A stretch of DNA of 64,000 bases from Tubulanus polymorphus (taxonomy: Eukaryota; Animalia; Nemertea). The stretch covers positions 7,800,275 through 7,864,274 of the forward strand of contig NC_134032.1 in assembly GCF_964204645.1 (NCBI RefSeq), given 5' to 3'. The position numbers were made by a program, and so were the translations under genes. The notes under the pieces are model-generated. The model searched no databases. It was not told the origin of the DNA and was given only the letters and a program-made list of their open reading frames with translations. Shown piece by piece: positions 50,345-64,000 of the stretch (position 1 is its first letter; the number at the start of each line of letters is the position of its first letter).

Positions 50345-52479
50345 CCTCCGCGAATAGTCTGCATTCCCGGGAAGTAGTTATGTTTCATTGCTTATCGATC
50401 CAATGCGGTTTTCTCGTTGGAACAATATGTGCACAAACCACTTTGAGCCGCTACACCGCTCTGAATCCTTGGTAACGGCGCAAACTTCGATAAAACAAAA
50501 CCGTCAAACCGTCACGCAACGCTTTCATTGCGAAATTATTTGAATTCAAATGTCGGCGTAGGAGAATGCGAGAGACAATGAGTATAGTATTGTCACATGA
50601 AAACCGATACTCAATTTATGAATTAATATTTGATAAGAATCGTCCATCAGCTCGATAAGGACGAGCTCACCAAGTTACCAAGCGTTGGGGCTATAGCGAA
50701 AGGTCCGTTCCAAATTGGCCCGTTCAATTAGACCTTGGAGAAATCAAACCGATTACCCCAAGATTGGAACGGACAAACTAATTTCGATCGACCTAAAATA
50801 CCGATTCGGTGTATGTGTGCACAGAAACTGGTTCCATCAGCTGCGTTTTCTGCGGTATGAATTGAATTGAAATAAACTGGTCACCTAAAATCCACCATCT
50901 GTTGATTGTATATAGATTTCAACTTTGACAATTTAATAATCTACTATAAAAGTCCACGCGAGTATCTGTTCTATTTTGCTGTATGTAGAATTATTCGAAT
51001 CATTCGAATTCATCCATTTTATTGAACATAACATCTGGCCCCCCAACTTCTGAATTGTTTTCTCACACCGATTTGTTTGTGCGTGTTTTAAAGAATGGAT
51101 CTAGATATTGAACTTTTCGACTGACTGCGATATGATTATTATAATGTGGAATATTCGAAATGAAATTCAAACTCCGGGATTCGAAAATGCAGTTATTTTG
51201 ATTACATCCGAGCAATGACGGGTTCGAAATTCCATAGCTTTGTTTGACTCGAAATTTGAATATACATGTGCAAATAAACATATTGAAAAATTAACTAAAA
51301 CGTGCGTGCGCAAACTGGATCCAATACAAAAAGTGAGCATAAAAGCTAAGCTACCTGCAATGAAACTTGGCACCGCATGAAGCGAACGTTCGCTGGATTT
51401 ACGATTTTACAGAATGGAAGATTTTCGAACAATTTCACACACCAAAAGTCAACGTTAATAGTACAAAGAAGACAAATCTCAAGTTATGGATAGAATATTA
51501 TAAATAATACAGTATAATACATACCTTCTGTCCGTTGTTTCGAATCGATCGGCCTGTGTTCCCGTTATGTTTTTTTCCAAAACGAAATATCAGATTGTGG
51601 ATTGTTTTTACGTGTTTACACTCGCACTCCCGGATAATAAATTGTGTTGCGGTATTTTTCGGGACACGCTCAGTCGACGTCGGGAGCAGGCGACCAGTAC
51701 TGTTGTCATGACGACGAATTGCACGCACCGTCTGCTTCGAGCTCATTGAAAAGCAGGCCTACACACCGGAGGTGAATATGTGTTAATCCGTTAAATCCGA
51801 TAATCCGCTTAATAAGCTAGAGTGCTAATATATATCGGTACCCAGTTTACTATTGAGCCCTTTGTGAATACCGGTCCCTTGGTTATCACAAAGGTACTTT
51901 TTTGGTAATTTTTATCAATTAAAGAAATATGAATCGTATTCAAAACGTGAATAGTGAACGATCTTAACTATTACACATAAGTATAATTCCTCTTTTCCTG
52001 CATTCAAAAAATCTAAGAATCGTTTGTTCTGCAATTTTTTAACCTTCATCAATCAACGAGATAAACACCGGTCTTTGTTTTTATGAAGCGAACTTAAGAA
52101 AAGCAAAATGTTATAAGCTGGCGATAGATGATTATTAGTGCCTTTTGTTCTAGTTCAAGGCGTTGAATGTGTCTTTACCTAGGGTTTGATATAGAGTTTC
52201 GACTCCTTCAGCGCCACGGTCAGCGTCAAGGTCAAGCACCGTTTGTGATGATGAAAATCATTACACTAGGCCTAAAATAACAGATAGGGGGCCTACTGTT
52301 TTAGTGCCAAATCAATCGAATGTACCGGTACGTATTTTTGAAGAAAATAAGTATTTCCAAGATATCAAGAATTAAATCATGGGAAATGAATGTGAAGTAC
52401 TCCTTCAAGTATTCCTTACAGTGTTTATAAAAATAAAATTGCTACAATAACAACATGAATAGATAAATATATCAAAATC

Positions 52480-53790
52480 TTTAAACCAAAATTCCTCAAT
52501 TCCCTATGGGACAATGGAAAACGCCTTGTCAGTAAAGATGTGATACATAAAAAAAAATCGAACACGGAGGTCTCGACTTACACAACATTAAATACAGACA
52601 ACAAACACAGGCAATTAAGACGATAATAAACCACGCTCTAAAACCAACACACTGGAAACAACTTATCAACTACAATCTGCAAAAATATCTAGGCCCAGGC
52701 TGGAATATTTCAAACATCATTCACAAAGAAATACCCCAAAAAGTCATTACAAATGACTACTACAGACATTTATCAAAATCATGGACAGTTTTTCAACAAC
52801 ATCTAGTTACAACTGAGACAATTACCGAAATTCTGCAAAAACCTATTTTTGGCAATCCATAAATTAGGCTCAACAAGAAAACCAATTTCACAGAATACAT
52901 ACATCACGGTATAACCAATCTACGGCATCTATTCGATAATCGTGGCAACTACAAAGCATTTAACGAAACTCCATCAACAAATAAATCTAAACACACATGT
53001 AACGCGATACCGCAACATTGGAAACTAATTCTATCTGACCAAAATTTAGATCCTGATGAATTACCAAAAATCTATGTACAATTTGGTAATATATTGTGTA
53101 CTATAGGAAAACTTTTTTCATCTCAAATCAATGGAATTCTATTATTAAAAAATCTCCATCAAATCACACCGATAGGGCAAACCAAAATTACTGAAATGTT
53201 AAATACTGATCTGAACTGGCCGGAAATTTGGAATGAAGTTTATAATAATCATATTGATAGACAATTTAGTGATATTCATTGGAAATTACTACATAATACT
53301 CTAGCAACAGCTTCAAAACTAGTACTTTGGAAAATGAAAACTAATCCAAATTGTAAAATTTGTGGATGCGCGGCAACGAATGATCATGTAGTATACTCAT
53401 GCACAGAAGCACAGCAATTATATTCATCTATACAACCAATCATTCAACGCATACTAGACACACCTATAAATATCACTCAAGACATCTTCTACACAGGAAT
53501 TACTAAAACAATAGAAAGAGATTTCTTCAAACGCACACTCGCGAACTACCTTTTGTTTCTCGCAGAATCCATTTTGTAAAAAAAAATCATTACAATCTAG
53601 AACAAAGCTCCGGCCGCATCAACACTATAATTTATTTCAAAAACTCACTAATAGATCGCCTAAACCAAGAAATCATGCTTCAACAAAACCTTCATATTTG
53701 GACTCTTAACAATGTACTTATACACCTGGACGCAAGCGGACTGAACGTAGTAAACAGAATCACAATCGACACCATTAGCGTAGTCTATTA
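52480..53790 (+). mobile_element. 5'-truncated L1/Tx1-like LINE fragment (zf-RVT C-terminus)
   Basis: WKLLHNTLAT...CKICGCAATNDHVVYSC zinc finger after the RT region. A-rich sense strand. Upstream parts have frameshifts and stops. Confidence 0.75.
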
Positions 53791-54783
53791 ATTAAACACA
53801 ACGCCTTTTTACGTATTACTTACACCTACATATCCCGACTTTGACACTTGAGATATGTTCTGATTTAGATCGAACAGGAATGACGGTCTATCAATACGCA
53901 TAGAACTGTCTGACCACTTTTGCTCTATATCATCGCATACGCATTCGTTTACTGTTTCTGATGTTTTGACTGTAAACTCAGTCTCATTGCTGCGATAGCT
54001 GGAACGCTGCCTCCGTTTTTGGCCTTAGGATAGCAAGCTCAGTCTATATCTACGCGCAGTGGTGACTGCCGGGAAAGTTGCCCCTTGACATCAGTCTCAT
54101 TAAAAACTACCAAAACATAATCGTGACAACGTAAATAAAACCCAATCAAGACTGTATTGTAAGTGTACAAACATGTATTCAATATTCACGTGTTTGTGCC
54201 GCTTTCTTACTAACGGTCTATCAATGCGCATAGCACTGTCAATTTGATTGCGATACCGGTACATTCACGGACCTAACTATGCACTGTACGTATATTAGAA
54301 ACACAAAACTGCTCCCAGTTTAAAACTTTTACTTTTAGTAAACTTGACGGAGAACCCATCCTCATCGGAGCTGCACCGTCGATGCCATACAACTACCCCA
54401 GGGCCATACTCTCATCTGGAAAATTTGCGTTTCGAAATGTGCCTTTTCCTATCTAGTCAACACGCGGGATTATCAACTTAGAGGACTTCTATACATCAAC
54501 ATCTACCCGAGAAAAAAACCACAATAAACTATTGGACTATTTACACGTAGAAAAGTGTAGCTATTTCCAGAATCTCAATATTAGGCAGCCAGAAAATAAA
54601 ATGAAAAAAAACAACAACATGGGTTTTGCTTCTGAAAAATGTCCTCGTGGCGGAAGGAGTGAACACAAACTTTAGCATTTTTTTACCTTATGGTTCGATT
54701 GGCAAAATTTATAAAATTTTCATTCATCAATTCTATGCTAGTTTCATGGCGTTAGTGTGAGTTCCTTAGCGGGCTGTTTGTTA

Positions 54784-55115
54784 AGCCCAACGCACACGGC
54801 ACCGAAAAAACGTTGTTTTTTGCTATGCCGTGTGCGGGGGAGGCAAAACACAAAACGCCGAACTGAAAAACGTTTTTCGCGAGCAAAAAACGTTTTTCAC
54901 GAGCAAAAAACGTTTTTCAGGAGCAAAAAACGTTTTTCGCGAAACAAGCACTGCTTGATTTGCGAAAAACGTTTTGTGTAGTTGAAAACGTTTTTCGTCC
55001 CGTGTGCGTTGAACGTTTTATCGTTTGCGGGCAAAACGTTTTACGAAAAACGTTTTGTGAAAACGTGTTTTCTGTTTCGGCGAAACAAATGTTTTGCCGT
55101 GTGCGGCGTTGGGCT
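54784..55115. mobile_element. Harbinger-type MITE with 20-bp internal repeats, ~320 bp upstream of MSH6
   Basis: TTA|AGCCCAACGCACACGGC ... GCCGTGTGCGGCGTTGGGCT|TTA, with gagcaaaaaacgtttttcrc tandem units inside. Confidence 0.85.
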
Positions 55116-55299
55116 TTAATGTGACTGTCAGGGCCCTCGACACGTTTCGGCTAGATGCCAACCCAAAAATAAGTTATGGCCAACGATACACAATCTGGCA
55201 AGCAAAACCGGGCACGGATTCTCCTCGAAATAAAAGATATCCTATTTTAGTGAGGCTGATTTATGCCTAGGAAAAATATCTTTTATAACTTCAATCCAA

Positions 55300-55390
55300 T
55301 CCAACCCGCCATGAAACCCCGGTAGGCGGCCGTGTGGTGGCGCCCTCACTGCAGATTGAATTGAATTGTTTTTTTTCGCGTGAAGGGCGC
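55300..55390 (+). promoter_or_regulatory. MSH6 promoter with E2F-like sites
   Basis: TTTTCGCG at ~55373 and CCCGCCA/TGGCGCC in a GC-rich patch just upstream of the ATG. Confidence 0.45.
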
Positions 55391-55433
55391 TACGTTTGGC
55401 TTAAAAAACGTCGTCGGGCTATTTTACCTAAAT

Positions 55434-58400
55434 ATGTCTCAACAAACGAGTCTATTTAGTTTTTTCTCGCCTAAAGGGAAACAACCCGACCCGAATCAAG
55501 TTCTTAAACCTTCAAAAACGAATGACATTCCTCGTACACCGTCTGAAAACGGGCCAAAAAATCAGTCCTCCAAAAAACAGCAGCAGAATCCTAAATCTTC
55601 GGAAAAGAAAAAATCTGTTAAACAACCGAAATTAACAGAATTAAAACACCTACCAGGTAAATTGATATAAGATAAACTTTAGATTTGAACAATAGGTAAA
55701 GATGTTGATCTGAATGTCTCGTGATTGGCATTGACAACGGGGCGATAGTCCGCAACATTTTCTGGATACGAAGATTGGAACAAGTGGCTATTTTTACGGC
55801 GTCGTATATTCTAATTTTACGACGGTTTATATTGAATTAAGGATTTTGGTCTAGAGGGGAGAGCATTAGTGTCAAGAAGAGGGTCCAGAGGGTTAGGGCA
55901 AGGGTTCTGTATTACCCGTGGGATAGGGTTAGGGTAAGCTGAAGCTATATGTAATTAAAACATTTGGTTGGTTATCAGTAAGCTCTTTGGTCTAGTGAGC
56001 TCTTTTGGCTTACTTTCTAATGGAGATGTCAGTGGTGGATCTAGTTAGTTACCTAATCGTTGATGGTAAGCTTTTTATAATCGGATGGGCTTATACCAAC
56101 GTTAGGGATGACAAGGACCAAAACACAGTTGAAAAAAGTAACACTTCAAAAATATACTTTATATTCACTTCAGTCCAAAATTAATGGCTTAATTCACAAT
56201 CTAACACAAGTACCTTTCGAAATAATCCAATTTCATGTATGTTTCGAGTGGTTAATCAACATTATTTTGAGAAATTAATTAATTTCTCCACCAATTTCGC
56301 CATTGGCCACCATTTCTCTGTATTGCACATGTGGCATGATAAGACAAGGGGACCTACAAGGATTTATATAAAACTTCCAAGACGAAACGACAATTTTTAT
56401 TTTTGATGGTTTTCCAACTTATATTTCAAATCTTCAGGTTTTCCATATTAAATTATGAAATAATAAATTCTGGTAAAAGAAAAATGTGAATAAGTGTTGA
56501 TTTCTTAATTTTTTTCAATTTCGTCGTTTCGCTTCGTTAGTTTGTGCTGTTGTCCTGGCCTCAGTCCACAGGTGCCACCACCTCCAGTAATTTTCAAAAT
56601 GGCAGCTGTTGACCCGACGGAAATTTACTCTCACTTTACGGCCGATTTGCACATGGATTAAGATCGTCAGGTGAGGTGTTATAGGTATCAGACAAACTAC
56701 GAATCTGTTGTGCGTCGATTACAACAAAAATTAGACGGATATCTTAAGAGACAATGAAATGCCAGGCAAATTACTCGTCAGTCAAATTGGCTGACGAAGA
56801 TTTCATACAAAAATGACCTTCCCATTCCTGACTGTGGTTTGTGAAAATATCCGATTGTGAAACTAAACCACAGACAGGTTACTGACTATGGTGGATCCAG
56901 CCTTCCGCGAGAACCGCTTGAGCTGAAAGCAAGATTTTTCCACAAAATCTTCAATATAGTCAATATTTGCCTGCATGTGACTTAGGCCTAACACACAAAC
57001 ATTCTGTCTCTTCGATACTTGACACACATGTGGTACCTAACTGGTAGTGAATTGTTTGTAGGCTTACCACAGGCACTCGCGGCTTATGGCTTGCTGATTT
57101 GTTTTAGGCTAATCCCTGTTATAAAATTGCTGAGAGCACCTAAAATTTAAAATTTCTTTTAAGGAGGACCCCTCACCTCCCCCCTCCCGCTAGGGCTTCA
57201 GGCAGCTAGCCTACTCGGGAGACAATATTACTTTTAGCAGTACTTGACCCCTGGATCCGCTCTGGATATTATGAAATAAACCACCGCACTGAATTCTTGA
57301 TAACATTCCGAATCTTGAGATGGTGATCTTTAATGTAGGGCCCAATTGATTGAACCATTTGCGAGAGGTGCAGACCTGCACTCTTACCTAATAATATTAC
57401 TTTGACTTTGATTTTATCGCTTGGTGATTGACTGTCAGTCAGGTATTAGTGACAGGGAGTTTTTTTGAAACATTCTGCCCTAGTGTGTAGAATAACGAGA
57501 ATACCACTAGGCCTATAGTGCGTCTACACCGTGGCGCGGTGCATCGTTAGTTACTAATATTTCACTGTTTGACAGGTGCTGCCATCATTCAAGAGAGATA
57601 ATTATTAATTAAATACACCGCAGTGCGGTGTACTAGCAAAATCCATCACTGGTTTATACACCGCACTGCAGTGTAGGCGCACTGTAAGGGTTAAGAAATC
57701 ATTGTTTATTTCTAAATGCAAAATCCTGATTGTGTACAGATTGATTCATAATACAGGTAGATCAACTAAATTAATGGAATTAGTCCTACAGATCAAAGCA
57801 TTGCACAGGGAGCATGACAGGCAGTAATAGGTATTGGCTCTTCATTTCCTCGATGGGCCTATTTGGTTTTACATGTCTACCCTTGATTCAACTGCAGCCC
57901 AAAAACTGACCGGAATATATGGCCTATAAATGACTAGGACGGCCTACAGGGCATGCACAATGCTTTGGGAGGATAAAATCTCTGTTGTCGATCGGTATTA
58001 CTGTCTATAATCACGACCTCCAACGAGGCTGATTCTAAAATTTTTGAAAATTTCCCTATATCCCTTTGCAGCGTGTGAATTCGAGCCTGGTGATTTGGTT
58101 TGGGCAAAATTAGAAGGTTACCCGTGGTGGCCGAGTCTAGTGTGTAACCATCCCACGAAGGACAAACACTTTAAACGGTCGGGCGGTTCTAAAGAACTCC
58201 ATGTTCAGTTTTTCGATGACCCGCCTTCACGAGCTTGGGTCAAACTTAGGTGAGTAGGAATAATCTAGATTTGAATGGAGATTTTTGACAAAATACAAAA
58301 GACTATGGCGGTAGTGCCGCTATGTGTTGTAGCGGAAGCTATATGTCACAAACTAAAATGCAAAACTAGTAATACACCACCAACAGGAACCCACTAAATC

Positions 58401-61400
58401 AAACACAACCAGCTAGATAACTTGGGTTTTGTTTCATGGAAACTGCGGGTCTGATTGAAATTTGAAATCATCCGTTTTTCTCGTTGCAGACGCGTCTGTC
58501 CATTCGTCGGTCTCGATGACAAAGACACTAAAGTCGGAGGCAGATTTTTCTCGGGGAATCCCGTACAGCAGGACGGCACAAGGCAAGCTGCGAAGGCAAC
58601 CGAGATGAGTCGAGACGAGCGATTAGAGAAACTGGTCGTGACACTGCAGCCGTCCGATGACGAGGATGAGGAAGAAGAGATGGATGTTGATGATGAAGGT
58701 GGGTGAAAGTTGACCCACATATTTGTTATGTTGCATTCCGTGTTGGTTTTTTGGTCTTCCATGAGACCCTTATTCTCGTACCGTCTATCTATCAGTGTGT
58801 CTGTCTTTGTGTCTCTCTATCTCTGTACTTTGGTACAATGTTAGTATGGGGTCTAATTGTGCAGTGCAAAGAATTGGCCTGATACGCCACTTAGTGGCAG
58901 AACTAGGTACTTTGTTAGCAATATTGAAGTTGGCATTGAGCCAATTATGTAAAATTGCGGTGCGTTTTTTCCATGTGAGCATTTGTTTCATTGGTTTTTG
59001 GCCTAAACGATGTATAATCCATGCGATTGAAGACATGGCGAACCTCCGTCGATGACATAGTCAACTTCGTTAAAATCCTACGAAACACTGCTCTTGCGTA
59101 TAGAATTGCAATGACCTCGATTGGGGCGTTGTCTCTACGAACGAATGTGATTGGCTGTTTTTGGCTGATTTGCTACTAAAATAATTATGGGAAAGCCAAA
59201 ATGGCGAAAAGTTCATTGGACTAGGTTCCGTTACGCTCGCAAATTCCAAATGCACATTGCTGGTGAGAATATGATTATTTCACATATCCGCCATAGGTAT
59301 TGTTTCATTTTAATACCTGGTGATTGTTTTGATTAACGTTGGAAGTGTAAGCGAACAGGTAATAGGTCTGAATGTTTAGTGGTAAAATCCAGGATTTAAA
59401 ACGATCTACTTACATACGCCGATTTTTAGCCCACTTGGGACTTTAGTCCCAGCGGGCTATTGCGTTCACTTTTCGTCCGTCGTCCGTCCGTAGACGGAAT
59501 CCAGTTATTTTGGGAAGTTTTGAAGACGCTTCAAGGTAATGTCTTGATATTTGGTTTATACATGTATCTACCCTAGACACATCTTCAGCCCAAAAACTGG
59601 CCCTATCAGAATCAAGATGGCCGACTGGCAGCCATTGTTGTTCGCCAAAATCAGCACTTTTTACACATTTTCGAAGTTTACGAGGGAAATTTTGAAGACG
59701 ATTTGATCAATTACCTTGATCTTTCGAATATATTTGAATCTACCAAGGGTCCATCAGCATAAGAAAAATTGGGTCCGTCTGACTCAAGATGGCCGTCCTA
59801 TGACCTTTTTAGTGCCCAAAAATGTCAATTTTGGCCAGAATTCTAGGTCCTGTAGCTTCCTACTGGTTTTCCATTTTTCATTGCAATTTGTGATGGGTAT
59901 TCTTTGTAAAGGGCTGTTTTATACCTGAGATAGGTATTTTTGATCCGCCAATTATGACGCAATTGGCGGCCATCTTGGTGTCATTAGTACTCATTCGTAG
60001 GTGGGAAAAAGTTTTTCGACATTATATTGTTACCTAAGCATATTTTGTTACAACAATGAATTAGAAAGTTGTAGCGTATAACGTGTTCTATGATTGGGGT
60101 GAGTTTCAAATTCATTGTTTTTTGTATATGGCCACCAGGGGGCGTTGAATAATACAATATCTTAGTATTTCTATATCATATTTGTACCAATACATATTTT
60201 GTTACTGCAATCAATTGAAAAGTTGTAGCTCATGACATCTATGATTGTGGTGAGTTTTAAGGAAATTAGTTATTCTATATGGTCACCAGGGGGCGTTGAA
60301 TAGTAGAATAACCTGGTATTTCCTTATTATATTGGTACCTAGGCATATTTTGTTACCATGATCAATTACAAAGTTGTAGTTCATGACATGTTCTATGAAT
60401 ATGGTGAGTTACAAGGTTATTGGGTTTTGAATATGGTCACCAGGGGGCGTTGAATAGTAGATTAACTTAGTATTTCCATATTAAATTAGTAACGAGGCAT
60501 TTTTTGTTATCACAATCAATTACAAAATCGTAGCTGCTGACATGTTTTATGATTGTATTGAGTTTCAAGGTCATTGGTTTTTGTATATGGTCACCAGAGG
60601 GAGTTGAATATTGAAATTGTTAGATTGTTGAGCATTTGAAACCACTTCCCAAGTGGGCATGGTGTCCCTGGACCCCTAGTTTTGATACGGTACTGGTATG
60701 TTACATAGCTTCCGCGACCATACATTGGAAAAGGTTGGCAAGACTCAATATTTAGCCACCCTCGATATGTGATATCATATGAATTCTATTCAAATATTTT
60801 TGATTTTGTGAAAAAATTTTTTTTCCAAATATGAAATAGTTTTCCTGCCCACCTGTACCATACGAAATTTTGGATATGGACCGTAAAAAAATGTATATTT
60901 TTGGCCTTGATTTGACTAAAAATAATTCTTTCAGAAAGACAAAATGAAATAGGCCTAATAGAACTTTGGATTCACGAATTAAAAAGATTTTTCATAAGCA
61001 ATGCCCCTGCCAAACAGGCTCTAGTTTTCAAGGAAAACCAGACTGCCCATGGGCAATTTAATTTTTTCATTCACTATGCCTTGAAAAAGTATAACTCGAT
61101 GGCCTAATTATGCTCATTTAGCTTGTTACTTTAGTAGCCATTTAGCCATGGAAACTCTGATGTTTGGCCCATAAGAAAGTATAGATAGTCCAAGACTTCA
61201 AATCGCAATTCTATGGTGTAAGGGTTATCAATGAAAATGTATCATACAGTTAGTGGTGTGCGAAATGAGAAGGATGTAGGCCTATGTGTACGTGCGTGTG
61301 GGCACGGGAAAATGTGATTGGTGGCGATGTAAATTCAGGGCCGTATGCAGCCCTTTTTATGGGTAGGTGCGAATTTGTGGCATAGTGGAACTAAATTCAC

Positions 61401-64000
61401 AGCATCCTGCGAGCGCCGCAAAATTTTTAGCCCACTTGGGACTGTAGTCCCAGCGGGCTATTGCGTTCACTTTTCGTCCGTCTGTCCGTCCGTAGACGGA
61501 ATGCAGTTATTTTTCAGAAGTTTTGAAGACGCTCCAAGGTTATGTCTTGATATTTGGTTCATATATGTATCTACCCTAGACACATCTCCAGCCCAAAAAC
61601 TGGCCCTGTCAGATTCAAGATGGACGACTGGCAGCCATTGTTGTTTGCCAAAATCAGCACTCTTTGCACACTTTTGAACATTTTGAGGGAAATTTTTTCG
61701 ATCGGACTCAAGATGGCTGTCCTATGACCTTTTTAGTGCTCAAAAATGTATATTTTGGCTCAAATTCTGAGTCCTGTAAGTTCCTACTGCTTTGCCATTT
61801 CTCATTGCAATTTGTGATGGGTATTCTGTGAAAATGGATCTTTTATACCCAAGTCAGGTATTTTTGATCAGGCTATTATGATGCAATTGGCGGCCATCTT
61901 GGTGTTATCAGTACTCATTCGTTGGTGGAAAAAGGTTTTCCCACATTATATTGATACTTAAGCATATTTTGTTGCCACAATCAATTGCAAAGTTGTAGCT
62001 CATAACATGTTCTATGATTGTGATGAGTTTCAAGCCCATCGGTTTTTGTATATGGCCACCAGGGGGCGTTGAACAATACAATAACTTAGTATTTCTATAT
62101 TATATTCGTATCTATGCATATTTTGCTACCACAATCATTTGGAAAGTTGTAGCTCATAACATGGTCTATGATTGTGATGAGTTTCAAGCTCATCGGTTTT
62201 TGTACATGGCCATCAGTGGGCGTTGAACAATACAATAACTTAGTATTTCTATATTATATTTGTATCTATGCATATTTTGCTACCACAATCAATTGGAAAG
62301 TTGTAGCTCATGACATGGTCTACGATTGTGGTAAGTTTCAAGGACATAAGTAATTCCATGAGGTCACTAGGGGGTGTTGAATAGTAGAATAACTTAGTAT
62401 TTCCTTATCATATTGGTACCTAGGCATATTTTGTTACCATGATCGATTGCAAAGTTGTAGCTCATGACATGTTCTATGATGATGGTGAGTGTCAATGTCA
62501 TTGGGCTTCGCATATGGTCACCAGGGGGCGTTGAATAGAAGAAAAACTTAGTATTTCCAAATCATATTGGTACCTAGGCATATTTCGTTACCACAATCAA
62601 ATACAAATTTGTAGCTGTTGACATGTGCTATGATTGTGGTGAGTTTCAAGGTCATTAGATTTTTCAAGGTCATTGGATGGGGCATTGAATATTGAAATTG
62701 TTTGATTTTTGAGCATCTGAAACCACTTCCCAAGTGGGCATGGTGTCCCTGGACCCCTAGTTTGAAATCTTAGGTACTCTAAGGTGTATTCTGAAGGCTT
62801 TCTGGCTATCTTTCTTTTCTGACATTTTCCATCATGAATACGGCAGAATCTAAATAATGTTATATACCGGTAATCTAAAAATTTGATTTAATGATCATCA
62901 CCTCATAGCAATGTAATCATTGATGCTTCCAACCCACAGAAAACTTATCTATGCGATTAAAAAACCCAAGATCGACTCATCCGCGACTAATGTAACGTTT
63001 ATTTTTTCAAATCATTTGCATTTGAGGAATAACATCCCATGATGAAACATTGCAAAGAATCATTCTATGCACTAAGTTCCGTGCTATCATGATCTTTTGA
63101 CTGATAGATCCTGGGATAACATGCCTGTTTTTTAAAATTGTTTATCGACAAAACCACAGGATACCAACCACATAAAGTGTAAGACATATAAACATCACAT
63201 AACGCATGGAAAATATGAAGTAAAATCTTTCGAGGACAGGAAATTAAGCGGAACTCTTGCGAGTAGGTGCATTAGCACCCATCGCACCCCCCTAAATACG
63301 GCCCTGAAATTTCACTGTGCAGTTCAGTGTTCTTGATTATCTTGTTGGAGTGGGTTATGTGCCTGTTCGAGGATTTATTAAGACTTGTGCTAGTGAGCTG
63401 TGAGTACTGATAAAAATATTATTGTTTAATTCTTTCAATGAAAAAAGTGTTAATTCTTTGTTTTTTTAGTTGTAGTATTTTGATTTTATTGATAAAATAA
63501 AGCATCAGAAAGTTGGGGAAGTTGATTCACATTTATTGAGCATTCTGATTTCCAGTGTGAAATACTCTACACTAACAGTTTTCACTATTAGTAGATTAGG
63601 CCATATTGATTGATATTAAGGTGACTTAGCGTACTAACTCGCGGAGCCAATCCGTTTGTGGGTGTACTTGAGCTATTTGGTAGAACTAGGTCAAAATAAA
63701 GGCATTGAATAAATTTTTTTTTCCTCACAGTTATGAATTACGTTAGAAATTTCGGGTTCAGTATATTGAAAGGTACTATTGTATTTGATTGACAGGTGAA
63801 AGTGAAGATGAGGCGGATACTAGCAAAGAAAACGATGATACAAAGGTTAGAAAAAATCTATTTGGAAAATATCCTCGGAAGTTTCATTTGAAAATAAAGA
63901 TTTCGCTTGGAATATATCTCAGAAGTGACCTTGACATTTTTTCTAGGTTAATACTCCATCGAAAGATTCGGGCAGACGAAGGTCGTCGAGGACGAAGCCG
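55434..64000 (+). CDS. MSH6: DNA mismatch repair protein MSH6, 5' part: exons 55434..55656, 58072..58249, 58490..58698, 63796..63845, 63947..>64000
   Basis: N-terminal PIP box QTSLFSFF, then the PWWP domain CEFEPGDLVWAKLEGYPWWPSLVCNHP...HVQFFDDPPSRAWV and an acidic linker. Intron phases 1,2,1,0 are all compatible. Confidence 0.93.
59423..60683 (+). mobile_element. Helentron-associated non-autonomous element (HINE/DINE-1-like), copy 1
   Basis: Starts TTTTTAGCCCACTTGGGA, has a (CGTC)n microsatellite and ~4 x 153-bp internal repeats, and ends TCCCAAGTGGG..hairpin..CTAGTTT (subterminal inverted repeat). Confidence 0.82.
61336..63306. mobile_element. TIR element (CAGGGCCGTA ends, AAATT direct flanks) hosting HINE copy 2
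   Basis: aaatt|cagggccgta ... tacggccctg|aaatt. Confidence 0.6.
61424..62763 (+). mobile_element. HINE copy 2 (~5 internal 153-bp repeats)
   Basis: Same termini and body as 59423-60683. Confidence 0.82.

Overview
AT-rich eukaryotic DNA with spliceosomal GT-AG introns, from an invertebrate animal that is probably lophotrochozoan (inferred from gene and repeat content). Host genes: two intact rhodopsin-type GPCRs (7202-8137 +; 34567-35688 -), a GPCR pseudogene (19449-~20152 +), an SMB-domain adhesion/secretin-class GPCR (37595-40346 +), a C2orf50/CIMIP5-like ciliary gene (41572-43018 -) and the 5' part of MSH6 (55434->64000 +). The rest is dense with mobile DNA: PIF/Harbinger elements and MITEs, a BEL/Pao LTR remnant, Penelope, Merlin, a piggyBac MITE, an L1/Tx1 fragment and Helentron-type HINEs. 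The main discovery is a tandemly duplicated ~7-8 kb cassette (~6810-14010 and ~19070-27450). Each copy has an orphan GPCR plus a head-to-head pair of small secreted Cys-rich peptide genes (type A, 6 Cys, minus strand; type B, 4 Cys, plus strand). Splicing by hand shows that A1, A2 and B1 share the same exon architecture and that all four peptides share a Cys core, so they form one peptide family I do not recognise. The mature regions of the A peptides have diverged faster than the flanking DNA, and A and B show reciprocal charge shifts between copies. This is a candidate two-chain toxin or pheromone system, possibly linked to its own receptor.
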